Source: an uncultured virus (IMG/VR IMGVR_UViG_3300025530_000290) (taxonomy: Duplodnaviria > Heunggongvirae > Uroviricota > Caudoviricetes). Taken from it: a stretch of 64,000 bases of DNA. The position numbers were made by a program, and so were the translations under genes. The stretch lies in the IMG/VR virus record IMGVR_UViG_3300025530_000290; one strand, written 5' to 3'. How positions within the stretch are numbered: the first letter of the stretch is position 1; every line of letters begins with the position of its first letter. Of the stretch, positions 38,326 through 47,774 are shown piece by piece. A model generated the notes under the pieces. That model did no database searches and was not told where the DNA came from. It saw only the letters and a list, made by a program, of their open reading frames with translations.

Positions 38326-38766
38326 ATGCCCGAACGCACATACAGCGACCCGCCGGGGATGCCGGAGGACGAGCGGATGACCCCTGCCGAACTCAAGGTC
38401 GTCCGCGAATACCTGGGCCTGTCCGGCTCCGCCCTGGCGAAGCTACTTCAGGTCTCCGACCGGACCGTGCGCCACTGGGAGGAGGGGAAATACCCCATCC
38501 CTGACGGGGTGAGGCTGGAGATCGAAAACCTTGAGCGGATCACGGCGGAGTTCGTCAGCGGCGTGATCGCAAAGCTCATGGACTACCCAGGGGACCCCGT
38601 CGTGGTGACATACCGGAACGACAAGGAGTACCACGCCGCCCACCCGGAGAGCCCGTTCCCGGCATCCTGGCACCGCGCGGTGATCGCCCGGGTGGCGCAA
38701 GAGGTGCCGGCGCTGAGCATCGTGTACGCGAGCGACATCCCCAAGACAGTCCGGCCGCAGCTGTAG
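38326..38766 (+). CDS. Aca2/YdiL (DUF1870)-like HTH regulator
   Basis: MTPAELKVVREYLGLS...VSDRTVRHWEEGKYPIPDGV...TYRNDKEYHAAHP...WHRAVIARV. Confidence 0.75.
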   Translation: MPERTYSDPPGMPEDERMTPAELKVVREYLGLSGSALAKLLQVSDRTVRHWEEGKYPIPDGVRLEIENLERITAEFVSGVIAKLMDYPGDPVVVTYRNDKEYHAAHPESPFPASWHRAVIARVAQEVPALSIVYASDIPKTVRPQL

Positions 38767-39076
38767 GCCAGCGACCGCCATGACCATCGAGGCGATCAAC
38801 AGAGGGCAGGTGTCCCACAAGGACAAGGTTCGCCTCGGCGCGCTCTTCAACTCCCGCATGGCCTTTCTCCAGGCCACCACCGGGCAGGAAACCCCCGAAT
38901 CCGCCCAGGCACCCGAGACCAAGCAACCCGCGCTCACCTGAGGACCCCGATGACCACCAACCAGCAGAACCCGGCGGCGGGCACCCTGCCCGCCGCCCCG
39001 GCGGACCGGCCGCGTAGCTACCTCCGCGACACAACCGCCCCCGCTCTTCGTGTGGAGGAGCGGGGGCTCCAACTTT

Positions 39077-39129
39077 TAAACCCTAGGGCTTACGAACCCT
39101 AGACACTCGTAAACCCTAGGGTTTATATT
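39077..39129 (+). promoter_or_regulatory. Promoter with repeated palindromic operators
   Basis: TAAACCCTAGGGTTTA 39110-39125, near-copy 39077-39092; TAGACA-18 nt-TATATT. Confidence 0.7.
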
Positions 39130-39153
39130 AGGGGTGTCGAAAGGAGCACCCCG

Positions 39154-39507
39154 ATGACCTGGAACAAGCTCACCCGCCGCCAGCAGGACTACGCGCGCCG
39201 GCTCTCCGCCCTCATCCCGCACACCCAGTGCCCCAGCGCGACCGTCTCCCAGGTCGCCAAGCACCTCGACGCCGTCGCGCAGGCCGCGCGGGAGACCGGG
39301 CACGGCCCGATCGAGGGCGAGGTCCTCCGCCGCCTGTGCGAGCGCACCGGCTGGGCATACATCGCCCCCGCCCGCAAGATGACGGCCCGGGAGCTCGCCG
39401 CCGAGCTCGGCGTGTCGATCACCACCATCTACCGCCGCTGCCGCCAGCACCTGCTGGACGCCGTCAAGGACGCGCAGGGCCGCTGGGTCATCACCGTCAC
39501 CGCCTGA
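39154..39507 (+). CDS. Small protein with C-terminal HTH
   Basis: MTARELAAELGVSITTIYRRCR...GRWVI; RBS AAAGGAG. Confidence 0.7.
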   Translation: MTWNKLTRRQQDYARRLSALIPHTQCPSATVSQVAKHLDAVAQAARETGHGPIEGEVLRRLCERTGWAYIAPARKMTARELAAELGVSITTIYRRCRQHLLDAVKDAQGRWVITVTA

Positions 39508-39522
39508 CAAGAGAAAGCGACA

Positions 39523-40137
39523 ATGAGCGAGATCCTCGCCACCGACGACTACGACGACATCGAGGCATACATCGCCGAGCACGCCCCCGACGCCCGTCTC
39601 CTGGAGGAGATCACCGCCGAGCTCGACGCCGCCTACCACACCGTCTGGTTGCACGGCAACACCGTCTTCCACGCCTGGGCATACCCGGGCGAGGACACCT
39701 GGCACCTGGACAAAGAGCCCGCCCGCGAGGCCCTGGCGTGGCTGCGCGAGCAGCTGGTGTGCGTCTTCGACCGGCTCGCCGACCCCGACAGCTACACCGG
39801 GGACCCCCGCGGGCCCCGCCTCGTCGAGCGAGACGAGGCCGTCATGGCGGAGTACCACGACGTGGAGCTGGCCGCCTGGGGCATCGCCGACGACCCGGTC
39901 GCCACCGACCGGCTCATCGTCCGCCGTATCGCCGCAGCCCGCGCCGAGGTCGCGCGCCTGTCGAGCCTGCGCGCGCACCACCTGCGCCGCGCGTGGCAGG
40001 GGGACGGAGACCGCGGCTGGCAGACCAGAGCCGCACAGTCCCTGGGCATCTCGCCGCAGGCAATAACAAAGATCCTGGCTGGCGACGACCGGCGGGCTTC
40101 GGCCCGCCGCAGGGCCGCCAGGCAGGACCACAGCTGA
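39523..40137 (+). CDS. Acidic hypothetical protein with possible C-terminal HTH
   Basis: D/E-rich N-terminus; QTRAAQSLGISPQAITKIL. Confidence 0.6.
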   Translation: MSEILATDDYDDIEAYIAEHAPDARLLEEITAELDAAYHTVWLHGNTVFHAWAYPGEDTWHLDKEPAREALAWLREQLVCVFDRLADPDSYTGDPRGPRLVERDEAVMAEYHDVELAAWGIADDPVATDRLIVRRIAAARAEVARLSSLRAHHLRRAWQGDGDRGWQTRAAQSLGISPQAITKILAGDDRRASARRRAARQDHS

Positions 40138-40325
40138 GACCCGCTGTCAACCGCCCTCGCCGATCTCCAGCCTCCACGCCGCGGCCTGGCCGCCCGGCTG
40201 CGGGGCTGGCTGAGCGGCTGAGCACCTGAAGCAGAACGCCCCCGCCCCTCAACGGAAGGGGCGGGGGCGACGCGTGTTCCAGGTCTCCCGACAGGGGAAA
40301 CACCAACACCCAGCCTAGATGCGCC

Positions 40326-41678
40326 TCAGGTGTGCCGATGACCGATCACCGCGGCCACCTCGCCCACACCATCGGCGCGCGGGTACCGCTCCACCAGCTC
40401 CACCGCGATCGCGCGCACACTCGGCCGGTCCCGCACCTCGGCCGGCGCATACGCGCACGCCGCGCGCAACGCCTGCACCGTCTGCTCCACATCTCCGACC
40501 GGCCAGGCGACCCGGGCGATATCCGTCCAGAACCTGCCCCTGCGCTCCGGCGTCGGATACATCTCCTCCCTCAGCCGCAGACCGGCGCGCAGCCCCGCCC
40601 CCGGATCCCCGAGCACACGGTTGAGGGTGACCTGGTACAGCTTCACGAACGGCAGCGCCACCTCGGCCTGCCCCGGCGGCAGGCGGCGTGCCGCGCGCTC
40701 CGCCTCGCCGAGCCGCTCAAACGCCCGCGGCCGGTCCCCGGCGCCGCCCAGCGTGTAGGCGGCGGTGCACATCAGCCGCACATACATCCCCACCTCGCCC
40801 GGGGTGCGCAGCCCCGCCGACTCCAGCCGCCCGGCCGCGCCGTCGACCACCCGCAGCGCCTGCGGGAACCGGCCCGTGGTGCGCAGCATCATCCCAAGCG
40901 CCCGCGCCGACGCGCCCATAGCCACTGCGTTGTCCGACCGGGCCGACATCATCACCGACCGGTCCGCCGTGATCCGCGCCGCCGGCTTGTGGCCGATCTT
41001 GTTGAGCAGGTCCGTGGCCACATCGTGTACCGCGGCCGCGAGCGCCCACGCCGCCGGCGTGTCCAGCCGCTCCGCGGCCTCCCGCGCCACCGCCAGCGTC
41101 CCCGGCAGCGCAGCCATCAGCGCCGTCAGCGCGCTCGCCTCCCACAGCCGCCGCGCCTCAGCCAGACGGCGCCGGATCTGCGGCAGATCCTCCGGCCGCT
41201 CCACCTCCGGCGGCACATCCAGCGCGTCATCGAACGCCAGCAGCAGGCTCGCCGGAATCGTCGTGGCCGCCGTGGCCAGCACAACGCGGCGCCTCATCGG
41301 ATCATCCCCCCCGTCCTGCCCCGGCCCGACCCCGTGCCGGAGCTGGTCACGCTCCACCCCGTACACGCGGCACAGCGCGGCCTCATACTCCGCCGACGGC
41401 GAGCGCACACCGTGCTCCCACCGGCACAGCATCTGCTCCGTCAACCCCGGCGCAGGCAACCCGCGCCCGGTGAACACCGCCCGCACCCGCTCCACCACCT
41501 GCGCACGCGTCCAGCCGTGCGCCAGACGCCACACCTCAAGCGGCAGCAGATGCGGCAACTGCGCGGCGATCTCCGCGGCAATCCGCCCCGGCGTGTCCCC
41601 CGCACGCGCGCGGGCCCGGTAGATGTCGCGGGCGCGGCGCGCCATCTCCGCGCGCTCCCTCCTGCTGATCACCGCCAT
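40326..41678 (-). CDS. XRE-family HTH regulator with TPR-like helical C-terminus
   Basis: WRLAHGWTRAQV...LCRWEHG...ALCRVYG; PMRRR; YAPAEVRDRPSV. Confidence 0.8.
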   Translation of the reverse strand: MAVISRRERAEMARRARDIYRARARAGDTPGRIAAEIAAQLPHLLPLEVWRLAHGWTRAQVVERVRAVFTGRGLPAPGLTEQMLCRWEHGVRSPSAEYEAALCRVYGVERDQLRHGVGPGQDGGDDPMRRRVVLATAATTIPASLLLAFDDALDVPPEVERPEDLPQIRRRLAEARRLWEASALTALMAALPGTLAVAREAAERLDTPAAWALAAAVHDVATDLLNKIGHKPAARITADRSVMMSARSDNAVAMGASARALGMMLRTTGRFPQALRVVDGAAGRLESAGLRTPGEVGMYVRLMCTAAYTLGGAGDRPRAFERLGEAERAARRLPPGQAEVALPFVKLYQVTLNRVLGDPGAGLRAGLRLREEMYPTPERRGRFWTDIARVAWPVGDVEQTVQALRAACAYAPAEVRDRPSVRAIAVELVERYPRADGVGEVAAVIGHRHT

Positions 41679-41845
41679 CGGCCCCTCCCCGCGGCCGCGT
41701 GACCTGTGCCACGTGGAGAGTAACCCTGCGGGCACGCTCCGCGCATTGCCCCACGCGGCAATAACCCGCTCCCGGCATTGATCCACCCGCCGCCGCGGGC
41801 GGATCGTCGAAACGCAAACCATCCCATACCGAGCAAGGAGGGCAC

Positions 41846-42319
41846 ATGACGGCCACCATCGCCACCCCGGCCGACGTCCGCACCCTCATCACCCCGCAGC
41901 TGTTCACCCGCCTCACCAGCCGAATTGCCGCAGACCACCCCGACCACGCCCACCACGCCGACCAGATCATGGAGCAGGCCCTGGCGTTCCTCGCCGCCTG
42001 CGCCGCCCGCCCCGGCCTCGGGCTCGCCCCGTCTGAGCTCGTGGACATCGGCTGGCACACCTTCATCCTCTACACCCGCGAGTACGCCGAGTTCTGCCAC
42101 CGGATCGCCGGCCGGTTCATCCACCACGCCCCCAACGACATCCCCGGGATGCCGGGCGAGGGGCTGACCGCCTCGGCTACGGTGCAGGTGATGCGGGACC
42201 TCGGCCTCCCCGTCGCAGAGGAGCTGTGGACCTGCAGCGGCAGCTGCAACCAGCAGTGCCAGTCCGGCAAATGCCACCAGTGCCACGCCGGCTGTTACGA
42301 CAGCCCGCTCGGGAAGTGA
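41846..42319 (+). CDS. Glycine-rich-domain (GRDP)-like protein with Cys-rich tail
   Basis: PSELVDIGWHTFILYTREYAEFC...FIHHAP; tail CSGSCNQQCQSGKCHQCHAGCYDSP. Confidence 0.75.
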   Translation: MTATIATPADVRTLITPQLFTRLTSRIAADHPDHAHHADQIMEQALAFLAACAARPGLGLAPSELVDIGWHTFILYTREYAEFCHRIAGRFIHHAPNDIPGMPGEGLTASATVQVMRDLGLPVAEELWTCSGSCNQQCQSGKCHQCHAGCYDSPLGK

Positions 42320-43194
42320 GTGTGCCCAGATTCCAGTGGTGTGACCTGCCCGCCGCCGCACGGGACGCGGTGGAGGACCGGTTCGGCCCGGTACGCCGCG
42401 CCGTGTCCGCCGGGCCCGGACTCACCCCAGGCGTCGCCGCCCACCTGATCACCGCCTCGGGCGGCGTCTTCCTCAAAGCAATTCCGCTGCGCTCACCCGC
42501 GCTCGGCCACTACGAGGCCGAGCGCGGCGTCAACACCGCCCTGCCCGCCGGCGTGCCCGCCCCACGGCTGCTGTGGAGCGGCCGCGCCGGCGGCTGGCTG
42601 CTCCTGGTGTTCCGGCACCTCGCCGGTGCTCGCCACGCCGACCTCACACCCGGGTCGCCGGACATCCCCCGGGTGCTCGACACCATCACCGGACTCGCCG
42701 CGGCACTGACCCCCTGCCCGTACCCGGACGCACCAGACATCACCGGCAAGATCAGCGGCATGCGTCGCCGGGCGCTGCAGCTCGGCGGTGCCGACGCCGA
42801 GCTGCAGCACCTCGAGCTCGGCGTGCTGCGCGGCACCACCCTGCTGCATGCCGACCTCCACGACGGCAATCTCCTCGTCGCCGGCGGCCGGGTGCACGTG
42901 ATCGACTGGTCGCTCGCCTGCCGCGGCGCGGCGTGGGTCGAGCTGGCGCTGCTCGCGCCGCGGCTCGTCGCCGCCGGCCACCCGCCGCGCCAGGTCGAGG
43001 CGCTCCTGTCCAGCGCCCCGGCGTGGCGGGACGCACCGGCCGACGCCGTGGCCGCCCTCGCTGCCGTCAGCTGGGCGTTCTCGACCGCGATGGCCGAGCG
43101 CGGCCCGCACGAGCTGCGCGCGCGGCGCCGGCGCGCCGCCGACGCCGCCGCCGCGTGGCTCACCTACCGCCGCGAGCTCAGCGGACACCTCTGA
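42316..43194 (+). CDS. APH-family phosphotransferase
   Basis: VFLKA, LLHADLHDGNLL, VIDWS; GTGA coupling. Confidence 0.85.
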   Translation: MSVPRFQWCDLPAAARDAVEDRFGPVRRAVSAGPGLTPGVAAHLITASGGVFLKAIPLRSPALGHYEAERGVNTALPAGVPAPRLLWSGRAGGWLLLVFRHLAGARHADLTPGSPDIPRVLDTITGLAAALTPCPYPDAPDITGKISGMRRRALQLGGADAELQHLELGVLRGTTLLHADLHDGNLLVAGGRVHVIDWSLACRGAAWVELALLAPRLVAAGHPPRQVEALLSSAPAWRDAPADAVAALAAVSWAFSTAMAERGPHELRARRRRAADAAAAWLTYRRELSGHL

Positions 43195-43283
43195 GCTCGC
43201 GCGCGAGCACATCCTCGCGGGTGATCATCGTTTCCGTTTGACATCCTCCCCCGCCTGAAGGCGGGGGATTCCAACCCGTCGCT

Positions 43284-44474
43284 CTACACAGAGAGGAGGA
43301 CGGGCTGAGGTTCGCGGTGCATCGGCCTGGCAACCCGAAGCCCTTCCCGCGCAGCCACCGCATGCCCTGCGGCGGTATCCCTGATGTTCCTGGCCGCGTT
43401 CACATCAGCGTTGGCGGCGTATCCGCAGGACCGGCACCGGTAACGTGCTTGGCTCTCGCGCGCTTCCCGGTCCACGATCCCGCACGCCGAGCAACGCTGG
43501 CTCGTGTACGCGGGATTGACCTTCACGACCCTTCCCGGAGCCTTGTGCTCCAGGCGGGTTACGAGCTGTCCCCACCCGGCGGCGAGGATGCTCCGGTTGA
43601 GCCCAGACTTCTGCCGGACGTTACGGCCCGGCGCGTCGAGGGTGCCTTTCGCCGAGCGGATCATGTTGGAGATCTTCAGGTCCTCGACGACGATCATGTC
43701 GAACCGGCGCGCGAGGTCGGTGGAGGTCTTCTCCACCCAGTCCTTGCGCCGATCGCTCTCACGGGCCCTCAGCCGGGCGATGGCCAGCTTGACCCGCGCC
43801 CGCCGGTTAGATCCTCGCTTAGCTCGGGCGAGTTTCCGCTGCAACCGGCGCAGCCGTGCTTTCTCCGTCTCGCGCAGGCCTGGCGCGGTCAGCAGTTCCC
43901 CGGTGGACAGCGCCACCGACACGGCGACACCCCGGTCCACCCCGACTATCTCGCCCGTGCCCGGCGCGGGGATCGGGTGTGGCGCGACGGCGAACGCCAC
44001 GTGCCAACGGCCCGCACGGTCCCGGGTGATCCGGTACGACTTCGCTTCCGGTGGAAGCGGGCGTGACAGGCGGAACCGCACCCATCCCGCTTTGGGCACC
44101 CAGACCTCGCCGACCTTCCGGGATACCTTGCGTACGCGGTAATCCTTGCCGACGACACGGAATCCCTCATGCCGTCCCGCCTTGCGCCAGGTCGGCCGCC
44201 TGTGCGTCCCGGCGAAGTAGTTCGCCATCGCCTGGGCGAAGTCCCTGAGCGCCTGCTGCTGGATGTTCACCGACCCGGCGCGCAGCCAGTCGAACACGGC
44301 GCGGGCCTCGGTGAGCTGGCGGCACTGCTCGGCGAACCCTGGCGCGGACCTGCGGCCCGGACGCCAAAACGACTGCTGTTCGACAGCGAGGTTCCACACG
44401 TACCGGGCGTGCGCGCAGTGCAGAAGCATCTGCTGCTCCTGCTGCGGCGTGGGGTACATCCGAAACCTCGACAT
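43284..44474 (-). CDS. tnpB: RNA-guided endonuclease TnpB
   Basis: RFRMYPT, VGVDRG, VVEDL, YTSQRCSACG, CRSCG, NADVNAARNI. Confidence 0.93.
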   Translation of the reverse strand: MSRFRMYPTPQQEQQMLLHCAHARYVWNLAVEQQSFWRPGRRSAPGFAEQCRQLTEARAVFDWLRAGSVNIQQQALRDFAQAMANYFAGTHRRPTWRKAGRHEGFRVVGKDYRVRKVSRKVGEVWVPKAGWVRFRLSRPLPPEAKSYRITRDRAGRWHVAFAVAPHPIPAPGTGEIVGVDRGVAVSVALSTGELLTAPGLRETEKARLRRLQRKLARAKRGSNRRARVKLAIARLRARESDRRKDWVEKTSTDLARRFDMIVVEDLKISNMIRSAKGTLDAPGRNVRQKSGLNRSILAAGWGQLVTRLEHKAPGRVVKVNPAYTSQRCSACGIVDREARESQARYRCRSCGYAANADVNAARNIRDTAAGHAVAAREGLRVARPMHREPQPVLLSV

Positions 44475-44502
44475 GGGACCATCTTAGCATCACAATGATC
44501 CC

Positions 44503-44703
44503 ATGAAGCATGTGAACCTGAGACTGCCCGACGATCTGCACGAGCGCGCCAAGGCCGCTGCCGCCGCCGACGACCGCTCCCTGAACTCCTGGTTGATCGC
44601 CGTAGTGCGGCGTGCCGTCGAAGAGGCTGAACGCCGTTCCGCCCAAGAGCGTAACGGCTTTCCTTGCCCTGCTCCGCAGGGGTCGCATTCACCCCCGGCC
44701 TGA
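44503..44703 (+). CDS. Ribbon-helix-helix (Arc/HicB-like) protein
   Basis: MKHVNLRLPDDLHERAKAAAAADDRSLNSW. Confidence 0.8.
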   Translation: MKHVNLRLPDDLHERAKAAAAADDRSLNSWLIAVVRRAVEEAERRSAQERNGFPCPAPQGSHSPPA

Positions 44704-44742
44704 AGGCCGGGGCACCCTGCGAAAGACCCTGTGGTCGTGGAA

Positions 44743-44779
44743 AAGGCCCCCGGCTCCAGATTCCGGAGCCGGGGGCCTT
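44743..44779. terminator. Rho-independent terminator-like hairpin
   Basis: AAGGCCCCCGGCTCC-loop-GGAGCCGGGGGCCTT. Confidence 0.7.
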
Positions 44780-44813
44780 ACCCGAGTGTGAGCGACGAGA
44801 GTGAGTGGCTAGG

Positions 44814-45302
44814 TCAGCTGGCGTCCCGCGGGCCGCGCGGGTTGGCCGGCGTGGTGCGGGTCGACTGCGGCGCCGGGCTGGCGGTCTGCGACGGCTCCGG
44901 GGTGGCGGTCTGCGACGGCACCGGGGTGGGCACCGGCTTGACGCCGACCTGCTTGCACTCTACGACCCAGGTGCCGCGCCACTTGCCCGTGGCCGCGCAG
45001 TGCTTGGTGACGGAGCCGTCCCGCAGGTAGTACGGCGCCGGCCGCACGTCGGCCGGCTTCGGCTGGGGCTTCGGCTGGGCGGGGGCGACCACGATGCGCT
45101 CCTCCCGCCAGGTGCACGGGCGGCGCTTGGTGGCGAGGCGGACGGTGCCCTTGGTCTTGTGCGCGCACAGCGTCCAGGTCGTGACGGCGGGCTTGTGCGG
45201 CTTCGGCTTGGCGGGGGCGGTGGCGGCCGCGGCGGAGGGGACGGTGGCGATCAGAGCCGCGGCACCAAAAACCGCGGCGAGGATACGCTTACGGGACATC
45301 AT
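44814..45302 (-). CDS. Secreted Pro-rich protein
   Basis: Signal peptide MSRKRILAAVFGAAALIATVPSAAAA; 4 Cys; PTP-rich tail. Confidence 0.65.
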   Translation of the reverse strand: MMSRKRILAAVFGAAALIATVPSAAAATAPAKPKPHKPAVTTWTLCAHKTKGTVRLATKRRPCTWREERIVVAPAQPKPQPKPADVRPAPYYLRDGSVTKHCAATGKWRGTWVVECKQVGVKPVPTPVPSQTATPEPSQTASPAPQSTRTTPANPRGPRDAS

Positions 45303-45557
45303 GGTGAATCTCCAGAGAAAAGGGGATCCCCGAGCCATCTGGGCTCGATGTGACAATCATGCCACGGCCCAACCCCACACGTCCGGCATTTCCCGAAATA
45401 CACAAACCCGCTACCGGCACGCCAGAAAATGATCACAGCCTGCCCGGCGAAATAGACATACGGCGCACAAAACAAAAAAGGCGCCCTGCCCGCCCCACAA
45501 GGGGCAGGCAGGGCACACCACATCACCCCCGCAGAGGAGGCGACGCGGACCCGGTCA

Positions 45558-45830
45558 TCACGAGCCGGGCAGGCGGACCACCGTCGAATCCTCACTCTTC
45601 TGGTAGGTCGGCTGAGCCTTCCACCCGAGCAGGGTGCCGACCCACGGCCAGCGGGCCTCCAGCAGCCTGACCACCGTGTAGTAGCCGCTGATCAGAGCGG
45701 CGACGACCACCGCGGTGGCCGGCTCGACCGGCACCTCGACACCGAAGCTGGCGAGCCAGCTCACGGCAACGGGCACCCAGACAGCGACCCAGGTACGGAT
45801 CAGCGACGCGATCACGTCAGACAGGGACAT
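45558..45830 (-). CDS. Holin-like membrane protein
   Basis: SLIRTWVAVWVP...YYTVVRLLEARWPWVGTLLG; 2 TM; near endolysin. Confidence 0.75.
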   Translation of the reverse strand: MSLSDVIASLIRTWVAVWVPVAVSWLASFGVEVPVEPATAVVVAALISGYYTVVRLLEARWPWVGTLLGWKAQPTYQKSEDSTVVRLPGS

Positions 45831-45853
45831 GCGCCCCTCCTAAAAGCAGGGAA

Positions 45854-46417
45854 TTACCGGAGGTAGTAGCCGTGGCGGAAGTCGTAAGCCTTGGACTTCT
45901 CACTGTCACCGAGCTTGATCCACACCCGGTCGTGGGTGTTGTTCAGGAAATGGCCGTTGTAACCGCAGCCGGCGGTGTCACCCACGCCGTGGTTCATGTA
46001 CACGGCGTGAATCCGGTTGCCGAAACCGAAGGTGCGCGGGGTGCCCTGGCCGACGTAGACGCGGATCGTGTGCCGCGGCTGCAGCATCAGCTTGCCGTCG
46101 ACCTCGTCGACACCGGGCAGCGAGTTCACCGTGAAGGTGTTGCACCCCTTGTCGTTGGTGGCCCGGTTCGCTCGAGCCCACGAGTCCTCCACGACCAGGC
46201 CCTTGACGTTGACCGCAGACGGGCCGACGTTGCTGACGTCGACGTGCTCCTGGTTACGGTTCCAGAGCCGGTCGGGCCCGACGGCGTTGTAGCCGACCTG
46301 CCCGATCACCAGGCCATCGATGTCCCGCCGCGCCGCCGCGTGGGCGGTGGGCGCGGTCAGAGCCACCAGCAGCACAGCGGTAACGGCGAGCACGACGCCG
46401 CTGAGAATGCGTCTCAA
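45854..46417 (-). CDS. Secreted lamin-tail-domain-like protein
   Basis: TTG start after GGAGGA; signal peptide ...TAHAA; NQEHVDVSNVGPSAVNVKG, TIRVYVGQG, FLNN. Confidence 0.65.
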   Translation of the reverse strand: MRRILSGVVLAVTAVLLVALTAPTAHAAARRDIDGLVIGQVGYNAVGPDRLWNRNQEHVDVSNVGPSAVNVKGLVVEDSWARANRATNDKGCNTFTVNSLPGVDEVDGKLMLQPRHTIRVYVGQGTPRTFGFGNRIHAVYMNHGVGDTAGCGYNGHFLNNTHDRVWIKLGDSEKSKAYDFRHGYYLR

Positions 46418-46487
46418 AACTCCTCCAACACACAAAACAGCGCCCCCACCTTGAGGGCGCGTCCCAGGGAAGAAAGCCAATCTCCGA

Positions 46488-47351
46488 TCAGGACGTCTCG
46501 TCCTCGGGCGGCCCCCCATAGGCCACCAGCCGGACCTGAATCGAGGAGATCTCGGAGCGGATCCGCGCCATCAGCGCATCCGCGTCAATCGCCGCGTCCC
46601 GCGCGGCGAGCGCCTCGACGAGCGCCTTAATCGTGGCGTCCTGCGCCTCCAGCTTCGCCAGAATCTGCCGCGACAGGGACAGGAGCTCGCGCAGCCGCTG
46701 GTAGGCATCCTTGCAGTAGGCCCAAATCTGGCGGAACGCCGACCGCGGATCGATACGGTGCCCCTCGGCGAAAATGCCCTCACGCTCGGCCCACACACCC
46801 TTGGCGACCGTGTGGGTGAGCCGCTTATAGACTTCCTCGGCGATCTCCTTCGCGCTGGGCATGCCGTCGTCCTCCTTATAAACCGGATATCCGTAGCCGT
46901 AGATCCGCGAGCTCGACCGGGCGACAGTCTTGCTGTAGACGCCGTCACCGTTGAAATAGGCCCCATTCAGCGTGCCAGAGGTGTTCCCGCCGATCGTGAC
47001 GATCGAATCCGCGGTGACCCTTTCCACCCACTCCACGTGGGTGCCGCCGTCCGGCCCGTAATAGACCATCGCCCCGGGCTTAGGCGTTTTACCGAACTGG
47101 CCGCGTTTTTTGAACCAGTCGACGCCGTTGAGGCAGCTTGCGGTCCACGGGAAATCCTCGCCCGGCTTCAGCCCGGCGCGTTTGAGGCAGACCGACAGGA
47201 AGCTGTGGCACCAGGGGTAGCCGTAGCCGTCATGCGGGTAGCCGGGGATCCGCCCGAATTCACGGTTGAAAACGGTGTCGTTCGTCCCCGTCTCCCGATA
47301 CCCGATATGCCGCTTGAGCTCTCTGCGGACGGCTTCCACAGTGGGCATCAC
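46488..47351 (-). CDS. Endolysin, CHAP domain
   Basis: YPWCHSF...PKPGAMVYY...THVEWVE...IGGNTS...YGYGYP. Confidence 0.85.
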   Translation of the reverse strand: MMPTVEAVRRELKRHIGYRETGTNDTVFNREFGRIPGYPHDGYGYPWCHSFLSVCLKRAGLKPGEDFPWTASCLNGVDWFKKRGQFGKTPKPGAMVYYGPDGGTHVEWVERVTADSIVTIGGNTSGTLNGAYFNGDGVYSKTVARSSSRIYGYGYPVYKEDDGMPSAKEIAEEVYKRLTHTVAKGVWAEREGIFAEGHRIDPRSAFRQIWAYCKDAYQRLRELLSLSRQILAKLEAQDATIKALVEALAARDAAIDADALMARIRSEISSIQVRLVAYGGPPEDETS

Positions 47352-47656
47352 GCGCCTCCCTGCAAGCGCAGCGCGATCATCAACGCCGCACCCACAACCG
47401 TCACCACCAGCGATAACGCGGCCGTCAACAGCGCACCCGTCACCATCCGCCGATCTGCTGCGCGCCGCTCCCGCTCCGTCCGCAGATCGTCACGGATCTG
47501 CGCGATCGCCTCCTGCGTCGCAGCCAGGTGCGCGTTATGCAGATCGCGGGTGATCATGTGGCTCATCTGCTCGCAAATCTGGTCAAGCCGCCGCGACACC
47601 TCCGCCTCGAGGCGCTCCAGCGTGCGGGCGAGCTCGCCGAGGGTGGGCTGCTGCAC
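47348..47656 (-). CDS. Coiled-coil membrane protein of lysis cassette
   Basis: TLGELARTLERL..., C-terminal TM. Confidence 0.6.
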   Translation of the reverse strand: MQQPTLGELARTLERLEAEVSRRLDQICEQMSHMITRDLHNAHLAATQEAIAQIRDDLRTERERRAADRRMVTGALLTAALSLVVTVVGAALMIALRLQGGA

Positions 47657-47774
47657 GGGGACCTCCAACACGCCTCCCCTGAGAAACAAGAGGGCCGCCC
47701 GCGCTCCCCTCTACTGACGCACCCGGACAGCCCAGCCCAGGCGCACGCGGGCGGCACGACCCGAAAGCCAAAGA

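Larger units (their letters stand above)
43238..44730 (-). mobile_element. IS200/IS605-family element lacking tnpA (tnpB + RHH gene)
   Basis: Subterminal hairpins at ~43247-43267 and ~44693-44712; right end GAAT-hairpin-...TCAA; left flank CCAC. Confidence 0.82.

Noticed and set aside
32509..40325. CRISPR array near the cas genes
   Set aside because: No regularly spaced 28-37 bp repeats seen in any intergenic segment; only isolated hairpins
42316..43194. Aminoglycoside resistance gene
   Set aside because: Only the generic APH/kinase fold motifs are visible; substrate cannot be inferred
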